The notes below the pieces were generated by a model. The model ran no database searches, was not told the DNA's origin, and was given only the letters and a program-made list of their open reading frames with translations. From positions 2,331,601 through 2,395,600 of the forward strand of contig CM119269.1 in the NCBI GenBank assembly GCA_051294375.1: 64,000 bases of DNA, written 5' to 3'. The stretch's first letter is position 1. The number at the start of each line of letters is the position of its first letter. The translations under genes were made by a program, and so were the position numbers. Positions 12,280-25,429 of the stretch are shown piece by piece. Source of the stretch: Paraspadella gotoi (Eukaryota > Animalia > Chaetognatha).

Positions 12280-15200
12280 GTAGTTGTTGTTTTTGTTGTT
12301 GTTGTTGTTATTAGAATTGTTCATTCGTTGTAATTTCCGTTCATCTTTTTCTCGTTCGTTCTTCCCTTTGTTTTTATCCCATTTAAGTAAGTAGACAGAT
12401 TTCAACTTGAAACCAAAGTGGATTTTATTCTCGCGAAAAGTCACAAGCAAAGACGGTGTCAGAATTTGAGAGAGATGGATTCAATACAATCGGATCATCG
12501 ATGTCATGATGCCTCTCTTTTCATTGGTCCATTTCGATGATGATTCATCCAATCAGAAAGTCCTCGGTAGATTTTATCCGATCCGATTCCATCTTTGGTT
12601 CCGATTCCATCTGCGATGATCCAATCAAATCCCTTCCCTCCCTGATCCACCAATCAACCTTCATCCCTTCATCTTCTCATCTCTTACCCAAACACTCAAT
12701 ATCTCCAACCATTACCCTTTACACTTACCTTCAGGTCTTCGATTCGATCGTCATCTGCCCCAAAATCGTGTTTCGCATCGAACTGGATCGAGTTCCTCTC
12801 TCCACCTCCGAATTGGGGATGCAGGTTGGTCGGCTTTGGGTGGGTATAGTCGTTCTGGCTCGATAGCGAGGCCCTGTGATATTTTCCGTCATCCACCCTA
12901 CTAAGCTCTTATAGTGTAGTCGTTCTGGCTTGATAGCGAGGCCCTGTGATATTTTCCGTCATCTACCCTACTAAGCTCTTATAATGGGTCGGTAGGCGGG
13001 TCGGTCATCCGGTGAGTCAATCGGTCTTGACTTCTACTCGGTTTTGGTTTCGCCGAAATGAATGAGTGGGGCGGTATATTCACACCGCCTCACGTCCACC
13101 GTCATTGGCTCAGAGGGGGAACCCACCATCCCAAGCGTTGTGTTCCATCCACATTCCACAGTCCTAACGACTTCCCTCTGCATTGGCAAAGCGAGAACGT
13201 TCTAGAGTAACCGCGCCAGTGACTGGGGGCGCCTTTGGTGGTCGGAAGCCCCCAAATACCAACAGTGAGATCCCCCATGGGCATCACGGGCAACCCGGCT
13301 GTTGCCATATGAGACAATTTTAGATCAACCTATTTTTCTCTCTATCCGCTTCTGGATATTTTGGCGTTGACCCAATTATTTACGAAGAGTGAGATACATA
13401 ATACATATATAGAAACAGACAAAACGACAAATAGAAACCAAAAACATAAAAGGTGATAAAGTGAGGAGGAAGATTATGCAAGGTCGCGTTTCTTGTTTTT
13501 GCCTTGGTTGACGGGATTGCAGGAGGCTGGAGACCCCGACCAAAATACGGCGCCTTTTCTTGCAAATGAGGAGAGAATTTCTAAGAAATTCACCGGTGGA
13601 AGTTTTTTTCCTCTCGCGATGCAGATTATGTTTTTCGCTCGAGTGGTTGATGTTGTTGTTGTTGTTGTTGTTTTTCGTCGTCTACTAACGTTTGAGTGTT
13701 TACAAGTTGAAAACTTTTTTTTTAAGCGAAAGCGATTCTACAGAACTTTGTATGTAAAATTATGCAGGTATGATCATGATTCTTAAGTTTAACGGGTCAT
13801 TGGTTGACTAAATTATCGAAAGAATCCTTACATATGCGAATTTGTCTGTAATATAATTTATCTTGCATCGATGCATGAGGTCCTACTTGCCTGCTTGCTC
13901 GTTTACTCGCTCGCTTGGTTGCTTCCCAATTTGGCATCTTGTTCCAAGAATCCAATCAGCCTTTCTCACGATCAGCGTTTCTATGGTCGTCGTCGTCGTC
14001 GTGGTCATTTTGTTGTCGATCTTTATGGACGAGGCTATCAGCAGCGTCAATGGCTTTGATGTTGCGGTCGATGGAGAAAAGGATTTTGATGGAGTAAGGG
14101 TACATTTCAGTCTCGTGGTTGTCAACAGGGGAAGCTCTGTTTCGAAATTGACAGACGGTTGTGTCCATTCAATCCAATCAGGATGGGATTGTCTGTGGTG
14201 GTTGAATGGAAATATAAATGTTTAAATCGGTATGGACAAGAGATACATTTCGAATGAGTTGGATCCGGATTCCAAGCCCACGATTCCAAGTTGTCCTTGT
14301 TTTGTTGTTATTCTGTTTTGTCGTAAACGTCGGTTTGTCCGTTGGCAGCCGATTCGAGCGAAGATTGCAAATTATCTAATTTCGCTGGGAGCAGGAAGAG
14401 GAAGAGGAGGAGGACGAGGAGGAGGAGGAAGAGAAAGGGAAGAGGAAGACGACGAGGAAATGAGAAAAGGATGAAGAGGAGGAAGGGAGTAAACAAAGGA
14501 AGAAAAAGTAGGGTGAAAGAATGGAGGGGAGTGGGAAGTGGGAAAAGGTGAACGAGGAAACTGAAGTCAAAATGTAGACGTGAAGTAGTACAGTAAAATA
14601 CTTGAAGATTATTTTATCTTAGTATGACTCATGAGCTAGTATTTTATAAAAATGTTTTTAACTATAGATTCAGATATAATGTCCATAGGCTTCGATTTCC
14701 AGTTATAAATGAGTGATAAATAAATAGATTAATAAATAAATAAATGTCTATTCAGGTGGAAGCGGAGGTAGAGTCTCTCGTCGCCGACTCTGGCGCCGCG
14801 GAGAACGTCGACGATCTCTTCGAGGGCGAGTTGTCGATCTACGTCAGCGACGTCACGCCGGGAGGATTGGCGCAGCAGAAAGGTGAAGATTGGCGCGGAG
14901 TTGGAATGGCGCGACGTAAGCAAAAAATATTTCCGTGGTGAAAAACGACCCGATGCGAAATTTCTATTTTGGGGGAAAACGTAGACCAAAAAAAAAAATA
15001 TTTAAATTTTGACTTTGACAAAAAAAAAGCAGAGAAGATAGCAACGAAAGAAGCCATGGACCCTGGGAAGCAGAAAGGAAAGAAATAACACGTATAATAG
15101 GCGATAACGCCCTCTGTGTATTTATTTTATAAGAACGAGTTGTTGGCTTTTTTTTGGGGGGGGGGAAGGATTTCGGATTTCCGGTGAAAGGCCTCTTATC

Positions 15201-18200
15201 GCAGAGGCTTCGTTTATTTAATGGAATGAAAAGAGATGGCGAGCGAGTGAGAAAGCAAATTGAAAGGAGTGCGAGGTAAAGAACGCGAACGAAAGAATGA
15301 AGAATATTTGAATAATTAATATTATATATATAATATTATATTTGAATATGGCCAGGAAAAAAAAATATGACTGCTAATGGAAAAAGGACAGGTACGAAAC
15401 ATAACACATAACATTTCAAAACGGCCCATTTCATCCTAAATTCCTAATAAGATTAGTTTTTTTGGTTTAAAGATTAAGTTAAAGGTTAAGATTAGGGATT
15501 GGGTTATGGATGAGGCCATGAATAGAATTAGTTAATGATTAGTGTGTATGGTATTTCTTTGGTCTTAACTTGCCAGCAGTAAAATAATAAGAATTAATGA
15601 CTTCATTTTTATTTTAGAAAAGGCTATATTTCGCTAAATAAAATAATAAAACGCTATATAACAACATTTAAAAAATCATTTCTGAAGAAAAATTCAGAGA
15701 ACAAAAGAAAACAATGGGTCAGACACTCATAGAAAAATAATCTCCCTCTAGTGATAATAAAACAGTATGGCCTTATCCCATACTGGAATCTGGAACGAGG
15801 CAACCAAGATTCCTATCAACTACCGTTCTTTTGTTTAACTGCAGACTTTCAGTTTCAGCAGAGAACAATGAGAAAGAAGTCGATGACGAGAGAAGCGAGG
15901 AAAAACATGAATCCAAGTTCATCCGGTTTAAGAGTTTTTCTTTCCTTGTTTGGGGTCGATGCAAAAAAGAAGCCCGATGGGCTCGTTTGCATTTCAGAAT
16001 AGGGCATCTCATTCTCTCACTTTCTCCTCTCTCTCTCTCTTTCCTTTTTCCTCCATTTTGCTCCATTCCTCCCTTTCTTTCTCAGTTCCTTTTTCTTTCT
16101 TTCTTTATTCCTCGTAATTTTCGGACTCCGTTAACCCTTTTTCTTTTGTCTCAAACACGTTTTTGTTCTCGCCTCACATTTTTCACTTTGCGGTGACTCC
16201 GTGACTCCCCGACTCGACCTTCTCTCCCACTTACCCCCTTTTTTTAAATTTTTCTGGGGGTCAGTCACGTGATCGGGTCGAGGATCGGAGGTCACGCGAG
16301 GGGGGTCACTCGTTTGGGAAAGTCGCGGAATCTAATTTTCTTTCCCCCTTTTTTAATGGCAGTTAGGGGGGGGGTAGGTGGGTTAGAAACGAGAGGGGGG
16401 GGGAGAAGAGAGACGGAACGAAATGAGCGTAAAATTTGAGGTCGTGAGAATTAGAAGAAAATTAAAACGCAGATGAGAAAGAGAGAAAGAAAAAAAAAAC
16501 AAGTTTGAGCAAACAATGTCGGATCTGCCCACGATCATTATCGGTAATTAATTAATAATTAAATAATTAATTAGGCACTTAATTAATTAATTTGATCCCA
16601 AATGTGTGTTTTTAGGTCTTTTCGTCACGAAATACGACAAAAGCAATGACGACGATGAGAATAATGTCGATAATGATTGACTTAATTGATTGACTGATTA
16701 TTTAATTATTGACTAATTAATTGACTGATTAATTATTTGAGTAATTAATACATTTGCATTTATATTTAATATAAAAAGAAAAAGAAGCATAATCAATTAG
16801 TGAAACAGGTTTTTTGTTTTTTCCATTTAAACTCATTTCCACTCAGACGATTCCATCGAATCTTGATTTCCAGCTTAATCACACACTTTCCTCCCTAAAT
16901 TTCAGGTCAATCGCCCATCATGAGCAATTGGTGTTCAAATAGTGAAATATATTTTTTTGTTTTTTCCATTTAAACTCATTTCCACTCGGACGATTCCATC
17001 GAAACTTCATATCATGCTCAATCACACGATTTCCTACCCACACACAAAATTTCATTCCAATCCATCCATCAAATCACGAGTAATTGGTGTTTTTTGCTAA
17101 GGTGGGACGGACGGACGGACAGATAGACGGACAGAGAGACAGACGGACAGACAGATAGACGGACGGACATCTTTTTTTGCATAATTTATCATAACTTTTG
17201 CTTGGCAATGATTGGTATTGCCTGGCAATGATTGGTAATTAAAAAAAAACTCAGAAACCGAAGGTTCACTCAAATTTTTAATTTTCGTCTTTAATTATTA
17301 AAATTAGTTTCAATTTTAGAGATAAGATATTAAGGCACCAAACATAATCATTTTTTATTAAATCAGTGAACTCTGAAAAACATGAAGCTCTAATTTCATA
17401 GTTGAACCACAGTTACAGAAAGTTGACAATCTCGTTAAGGCCTGGGATCACTCGCCAAAAGTTATAAATAGGGGAACACAAAGCTTGGATTTTGAAAAGT
17501 AGAGGTCCAGTCGATTCCGAAAATGTATCACTTTACTATTTCTTCAAAACCGTTGGTGTTTTTTTCGAACTTTATATTACTATAATAAAATAAAAGAAAC
17601 CTATCGGAAGAGTTGCAGCCCAAACGGCGAAGCGGATTTGATGAAATTTAACATAATCTTACTTGAGGTGAAGGTCCCCAATTCTATGAGAGGGATTTTC
17701 CAAATTCACTTTTCTTCATAGGAAAAAAAAAGAATAAGGAAATTTTGGCGTAAAAATCTAAATATCTTGAAAACGAATAACATTTTCAAAAATCCCTCTC
17801 ATAGAATTTCTCTCACATTTCCATACTAACGAAAAATAATTTTAGTTTATTTTTTTTTCAAACAGTTTTTGCTCCAACTCTTTGTTTATTTATTTTTTAT
17901 TTTTTATTTTTTTTCTGTAGATTTTACAGAACTTGAAAGTCGAGCAAAGAACTTTAAAATCGACATGCTTTTGTAAAATCTATTTCATTTCTATTTTAAA
18001 TGATGGCTTTACCGTTCTCTGAAGTTTTATCCAATTTTTTAATTTTTTTTTTAAATTTAAAAAATGCTGAGACACCAAAACACGGACGAGTGAACAAGGA
18101 GGAATGCTGCAAGGGGTTTACTTATTTTCGTCTGTGGCAAACGGTCAAGCTTTAAAGCCAGTTTTGAATGTGGGGAACAAGAAACTATTTGGCAAGAGGA

Positions 18201-21200
18201 GAGCATAACGATGGTCCATCAGTGGAATCAGTGACCATCTATGGCACCATAGAGAGTTTCTATTTCAGAGGATCCGATTGCAGATGCCAATGGACGATTG
18301 TCTTTGACTTTTAAAAATTGTACAATTTTTGTATTACTCTTTTAGTAAAAAATGGTATTAGGCATCATTAAATATGTATTTTGCACTTTCTCTACATAAA
18401 CGTTTATATTTTCATCCTTAATTGATCCAATTACATCATAAGAATGACTAGGTTTTAGGTACTAGTATTAACTGAGGTAGCTGATGTTAATTGAATATAA
18501 AGAATTAAAATTCGCTTTTAAAATGACTTTACCGTCTTGAATGAAATTTTTTAAGTTTACCGATAAAAAAATTGCCCGATTTTTGGGTGGCTCTTGAAGC
18601 TGAACCTTAGTCAAATTTGAAGTTTTTTTATTTGAAACACGAAGGAAATATACTTCTTTTGCATAAAAAATAATTTGTATAAAGCTTTATGCAATTCTTG
18701 TTTGAATGATCCCAGGCCTTAAGCAAGTTTTTTCAAGAAATATAGTTAGGAAAACAGTTTTTAAAGGTCAAAACGATTTTTATTATTAGATATAAGTCGG
18801 ACAAGTTTCAACTCTTTATTAAGAAAGATCGCTGAAGAAGACTCTTTGTGGGAGATTGTATTAAAAAACATTGTTTGAGCACTTAGCTCTAACCTAATTT
18901 GTACCTTGTAGATTTCACTGGGCGAAGCCATTTCACTCTCAAAAATAAGAATCAATCCAAATCACGAGATTTTAATAAATAATAGAGCAGAGCAACAAGA
19001 GTGAGCTATTGAGAAATAAAGAGAGCCAGAGAGAGAGAGCTCAAAGCTGTACAAAAATAATAATTTCAATGATTAGAATTCATTCAAAGAGTTACAAATA
19101 TTTCATCATGTTACCTAATGTTTCTTGGGCAATCTCCTAAAAGTTTAACATCTACTTGCCCTTTTATACTTTTTTAAATTTAAATAGACCAATTAAAAAC
19201 GACTTTCGACTTTTGAGAATACTACCAATAATTGGATCAGAAAGGTCTCGTCCAATCAGATTAAGAACTAAATATTAACCATGAAATCATAGAATAGAGG
19301 ACGAGTTTGAGAATTTAAGCTAGTAACGTTATGGTATTCCATAAAACCGAATATTAATTTCGAAAACTAATTAAATATTTATCAACTATTTAACACTCTT
19401 AATAAAGAGTTGAAACTTGTCCGACTTATATCTAATAATAAAAATAGTGGTTGACCTTTAAAAACTGTTTTTTCTAATTTATAAACACAACAAAAAGAAA
19501 GAATCATAACAATGTCTAAGAAATATAGTTTTAGAAATAGTTTGAAATTTGTTTCTTCAACGAATTTGTTTTTATTATTAAACCGAACATGTTTCGACTC
19601 GAAACATGTCCGTTTTAATAATAAAAACATTATGTTATTTCCTCTCTTTTCGTTGTGTATATATAGTTAGAGAAAACAAATAATAAAAACAAATTCGTTG
19701 AAGAAACAAATTTTAAACTATTTCTAAATCTCTGTACTCAACGAAACAGAAAGGAATAATACAATGGCTAGAAATATAGTTGAAACTCTGCAATTGACAA
19801 TCTCGTAAAGCAAGTTTTTACACAAATAAAGTTGAAACTCTGCAGTTGACAATCTCGTTAAGCAAGTTTTTTTTAATTTGATTCAACATTATATAATCAA
19901 AATCCGGTTTGCGGAACGAAACAATTTCACTTTTAATTTATTTCTAAGTGTATATTTTGCAGTTTTCTTGTAAAAAAAATAACCTACAAATCTTACTTTG
20001 CTAGCATGATACAATGCCATTCTCATAGTAAATTGATTTAACAATAAATGGTATTAAAAATCGAAGGTCGGACCTAAAAACGAAAAGGAATTTTTTAACA
20101 AACGTGAAAAAACGTGAAAAACGTGAAAAAATTCTCAATCCTAAAAAACTATTCGTTTTAGTTTTATTTGTGGCGCGGACCCGNNNNNNNNNNTTTCCTT
20201 ATATCAACTATTCGTGAGGAATTCGAATCTGCTTTTAAAAATTAAAATTTCTATGGTGAGTACTATGTATAAATATGGGCGTATGCAAAAATTGAAAAAT
20301 AAAAATTATTTTTTTTTATTCGAATTTTGATTCCACTTGATTTTTATATTTTTGCTACGCTTTAATACAGAATGCTTGTATGTAAGCCGAAACATGTACG
20401 TTTTTACAAATAACGGCGCCCAAACAGCCCAACCAATCCGGAGTTTGGCCCAAGAAGAAGTAGGCCAACGCGTAAGTGATAGGAATCTCCAGCGCAGTAA
20501 ACATCGCCGCCACGTCGCCCTCCACTCTTTCCAACGCAAGGATGGCGCAGAGGCGCGAGAGAAAGTCGTAGACGCCGACGAGGGCCACGCCCAAAATCGG
20601 CGTCCATGCAACGCCGGAAAAGAAGACGACGACGTCGCCGCTCGCGACGCCGACAGCAGCGGCAGCCGTCGTCAGCAGTAGAGCAGAGTAGTTGAAAAGA
20701 AAGACGCTGAAGTGAGCGCCGGCTTTTTGGAGGCCGTTGTAGAGCATGATCCACGCCGCGTTAAGGAAGGAATCGACGAGCGCCAAAAAGAAGTAAATGT
20801 TACGCTGAGGAAATCCGGCTTCGTCAACGACGCCGGCGTCAAAAATGAACGCCGGTGTTTCTTGATCAAAACGGCGCCGAAGAGAATGAGGGCGACGGCG
20901 ATGGCGGCGACTTTCGACGGCCAACGACGCCGCAATGCCGAACAGGAGAGTGACGTCCACACGATGCAGAGATTGATGAGCGTAACGGCGTCGCCTGCGG
21001 GGAGGCGTCGAACGCAATAGAAGGTGACCACGGCGAGCGAGCAATCTCGATCACCGGCGCCGTTAAAAGGCCGAGACGCAGAATGGGCGTGGCCTTGGCG
21101 CCGCCAAACGGACTAAACCGGAAATGGGCGACGGCCGGGATGGCGGTGACGAGCGAAGCGACGGCCAGAACGACGAGAAGCACGACGACGCTGAAATCGC

Positions 21201-24200
21201 GGAGGCGCTCCACCAACCCGAGGAAAAGTAGAAGAAGCTCCAGTTGATGCCATCAGCATCAGCAGTGGCAGAGTTGCCACCATTTCAGTCAACATTTTCT
21301 TTTTTGTTTCGTTTCAGTTTTATATTTTGTTATTTTATTTTTATTTTATTATTTTTATTACATTCTTGGAAGATGTTTTAATGTTTTTCTACAACGACTT
21401 TATTTGTAAAACGTACATGTTTCGGCTTACATACAAGCATTCTGTATTAAAGCGTAGCAAAATATAAAAATCAAGTGAATCAAAATTCGAATAAAAAAAT
21501 AATTTTTATTTTTCAATTTTTGCATACGCCCATATTTATACATAGTACTCACCATAGAAATTTTAATTTTTAAAAGCAGATTCGAATCCTCACGAATAGT
21601 TGATATAAGGAAATATAACTCTTTTTAGAAAATTATTTTCATTAAAATTTTGACATTTTTCTATAGTAAGTACTATGTATAAATATGGGCGTATGCGAAA
21701 ATTGAGAAATTAAATTTTTTTTATATATATATCAATTGTGATGGACTAAAAAATCCACCAAACCGTTCATCAGCGGCCATTGGTGCCGGAGGCAAGTCAT
21801 TCGCCTCCCAACCCAAAGGTCCGGGGTTCTAGCCCGGTGGCCGCCTAGCAGTTAAGAGGGACGGGCGCTTAACCCGCCTGTAACTCGGTGTTACAGCCTG
21901 ATCCGAAGCTCAGGCCCGCGGACTGCTTATATTGAATTGCGTTCTATCACCCTAACACATAATAATAATTACTGTCTCTTCACAATGTTCTTTAGTAACA
22001 AGACTGTTCATGAACAACTATTCGAATTTTGATCTGCAATACTTTCACTACGGCCTTGTTCTGGATTCAACGTCGGCATTTGTACCTGAGTTAGAGGAAA
22101 AGAATATTAAAAATTTTAAAATTCAATACAAAAGTCTTGTTTCTTTAGCTAACTTATCAAAAAAATAAATCCGGTTTTTATTAATTGATGCTATCAAATC
22201 ATGTTTGTTAAACTCTCGTTTTGGTAAATTATAATTATTACATTATTTATTTTTTTTTTCCTTCAATGAGATGAATATGTGGCGTTCATATAGGATTTAA
22301 TCATTTAGGATTGAAACCACTCCGCCAGGATCGAACCCTTTGTTTCTAATCAAAGTTATGTTCACAACTGAAGATGTCTCATCAGTTAATTTCGCATTAT
22401 GTTTTGACAGTTAACATTTTTAAAATGTTAAAACTGAAAATATTCTCATCCTTGTTCTGGTTATGTAAGAGAATACCACATTCCAACAAAATATTTATAT
22501 CTCAATTTTCTTTTTTGATCACTCGTAATGAATCAGGACATCTATAGAAATGAATGTATTAAAACTCATCTATTTTTAAAACAAATTATCCAAAACAAAC
22601 AAATCCCACATGTAACCGTTCCCGTTTTTCCTGCGCAACGACATTAATTGATAAATCCCCATCTAACACGATCCCACCTTAAGTCACGTAAACCTCCACG
22701 TGCGTCTACGGCCTTTCGTTCCCCACGCTGTGGCTGGCCTCCGGTCCGCCCGCCACAATAAACTAAAACGATAGTGGTATTTTAGCAAGGGATTGAGAAT
22801 ATTCCTCGTTTAGGTGCCGATATCGATTTTAAATGACCATTTTTTTATTGTTAAATCAATTACTATGAGAATGGCATTGTATCATGCTAGCCAAAAGTAG
22901 ATTTGTAGGTTATTTTTTTTACACAGAGAAGACATGCAAAAATATACACTTAGAAATAAATAAAGTGAAAATTGTTTCGTTCCGCAAACGGGTATTTGAT
23001 AATATAAGTTGAATCAAATTAAAAAAAACTTGCTTAACGAGATTGTCAACTGCAGAGTTTCACTTTATTTGATGTTAAAAACTTGCTTTACGAGATTGTC
23101 AATTGCAGAGTGCAACTATATTTTCTAGGCCATGATATATTCCTTTCTGTTTCGTTGATACAGAGATTAGAAATAGTTTTAAAATTTGTCTTTCAACGAA
23201 TTGTTTTATTATTTTTCTCTAACTAATATATACACAACCGAAAAAGAGAGGAAATAACAATGTTTTTATATTTAAAACGGAAGATGTTTCGAGTGAAAAC
23301 ATGTTCTGGTATGAATAAAAACAAATTTCGTGAAGAAGACAAATTCAAAACTTATTATTCTAAACATATATTTTAGACATTGTGATGATCTTTCTTCTTG
23401 TGTGTTTATAAATTTTAGAAAAAACAGTTTTTAAAGGTCAACCACTATTTTTTTAGATATAAGCGAGACAAGTTTCAACTCTTATTAAGAGTGTTAAAAT
23501 AGTTAAATATTATAATAGTGTTTTCGAAATTAATATTTCGGATAATTATATGGAGATACCAATAACGTTACTAGCTTAAATTCTCAAACTCGTCCCTATT
23601 CTGATATTCATGGGTTAATATTTATTCTTAAATCGATTGGACGAGACCTTTTCGATCCAATTATTGGTAGTATTCTCAAAAGTCGAAATTTCTTTTTAAT
23701 TGGTCTATAAATTTAAAAAAGTATAAAAGGGCAGTAGATGTTAAACTTTAGGAGATTGCCCAAGAAACATTAGGTAACATGATGAAATATTTGTAACTCT
23801 TTGAAATGGAATTCTAATCATTGAAATTATTATTTTTTGTACAGCTTTGAGCTCTCTCTCTCTCTCTGGCTCTTTATTTCTCAATAGCTCACTCTTGTTG
23901 CTCTGCTCTGATTATTTATAAAATCTCGTATTTGGATTGATTCTTATTTTGAGAGTGAAATGGGGGGGGCTCGCCAGTGAAATCTACAAGGTACAAATTA
24001 GGTTAGAGCTAAGTGCTCAAACAATGTTTTTTATACAATCTCCACAAAGAGTCTTCTTCAGCGATCTTTCTTAATAAAGAGTTGAAACTTGTCCGACTTA
24101 TATCTAATAATAAAAATCGTTGTTGACCTTAAAAACTGTTTTCCTAACTATATTTCTGTAAAAACTTCTTAAGGCCTGGGATCATTCAAACAAGAATTGC

Positions 24201-25396
24201 ATAAAGCTTTTATACAAATTATTTTTATGCAAAAGAAGTATATTTCCTTCGTGTTTCAAATAAAAAAACTTCAAAATTGAACTAAGGTTCAGCTTCAAGA
24301 GCCACCCAAAAAATCGGCAATTTTTTTTTATCGGTAAACTTAAAAATTTCATTCAAGACGGTAAAGTCATTTTTAAAAGCGATTTAAATTCTTTCATCAA
24401 CGGAATGGACCAATAAACGGACTGGTTGGCCTAGTGATGGGTGATGCTCGTCTCACTTCACGAAATCATCAGAATGCCGACGAATCACAGAACCTTAGTT
24501 CAACCTTAGAATACCCAATGACCGACAGAGGATACCGACGGAGGATGATGTCAAAATTGCTTAAAGAACTCTAGGCATTCATCTCTACACCCAAACTCAA
24601 GAAAGAACACTCTTCAAATAATTATGAACTGTTTAATATTGTCATCACCTCTGTCTTAACCTATGTCATCGTGTCATCGTATCTGTGTCATCACCCTATC
24701 ATTTCCGTCATTAATAAAAACTATCTCAACCAAAACTTTGCACTTATTATTTACCCTCGTATTTGACTAAACGTCAACGTGTAGGCATCGTCGTGATTCG
24801 ACTCCCCACCCTCGAAGAGCTTAATTGAAAAACTACGCTATCCCTACTCGAAAAACTACGCTTACCCTACTCGAAAAATTACATCCCGTTCCAAAATTTT
24901 CTTTTAATCCCAAATAAACTTATTTCAAAAATAAAAAAGATAAACCCCCAAAAAGAAACTAATACCAAAAGTTTTTTCCTTTCAACGGCCCTCTTGATAT
25001 TTGAAATAAACTTTTTTAACTTTAAATTAAAACACTTTTTTTGCCGAATCAGGAGTGCGTAATAACGTAGCCTGAGCTACAAAAAAAAACAAAAAAACAA
25101 CGAAAATCAAACTAAAAATCCCTCTCCACTCAGCAAAAAAAAAAAAAGAAAAAAAAGAACATTTTGAAGACAAATGAAAATACGTACTATTTCCCTAACT
25201 TCCAAGCAAAAAAAACATTCTATATCTCCCACGCTCTCCCTGCCTCGTGCTTTGGACTACGTCGTCACGTGACCCAGCATCCCTCCCAAACAAAGAAAAC
25301 GAATCGAACGTTCTCTCTCCCCTCGAAAATCCTCGCTGCCCAGTCCATCGCTTTGACCGAATTCTAGAGAAAATCGAAAAGATTCATCAATCGCTG

Positions 25397-25429
<33 letters not shown>

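Larger units (their letters stand above)
18499..24394. repeat. Long inverted repeat: left arm about 18499-20413, right arm about 21400-24394, ~1 kb unique loop
   Basis: 20194-20413 is the reverse complement of 21400-21613, and 18499-20183 is the reverse complement of about 22741-24394 with many small indels. The 10-N gap in the left arm corresponds to ~1.1 kb (21614-22740) in the right arm. Confidence 0.92.

Noticed and set aside
13870-14300. Overlapping short ORFs on both strands
   Set aside because: No recognisable domain or clear splice sites, and not needed for the Tiam1-like frame (12824 splices in phase to 14756).
21773-21845. Functional tRNA-Gly gene
   Set aside because: D-arm and anticodon stem pair poorly, the T-loop is non-canonical, and it is followed by a SINE-like body and tail.
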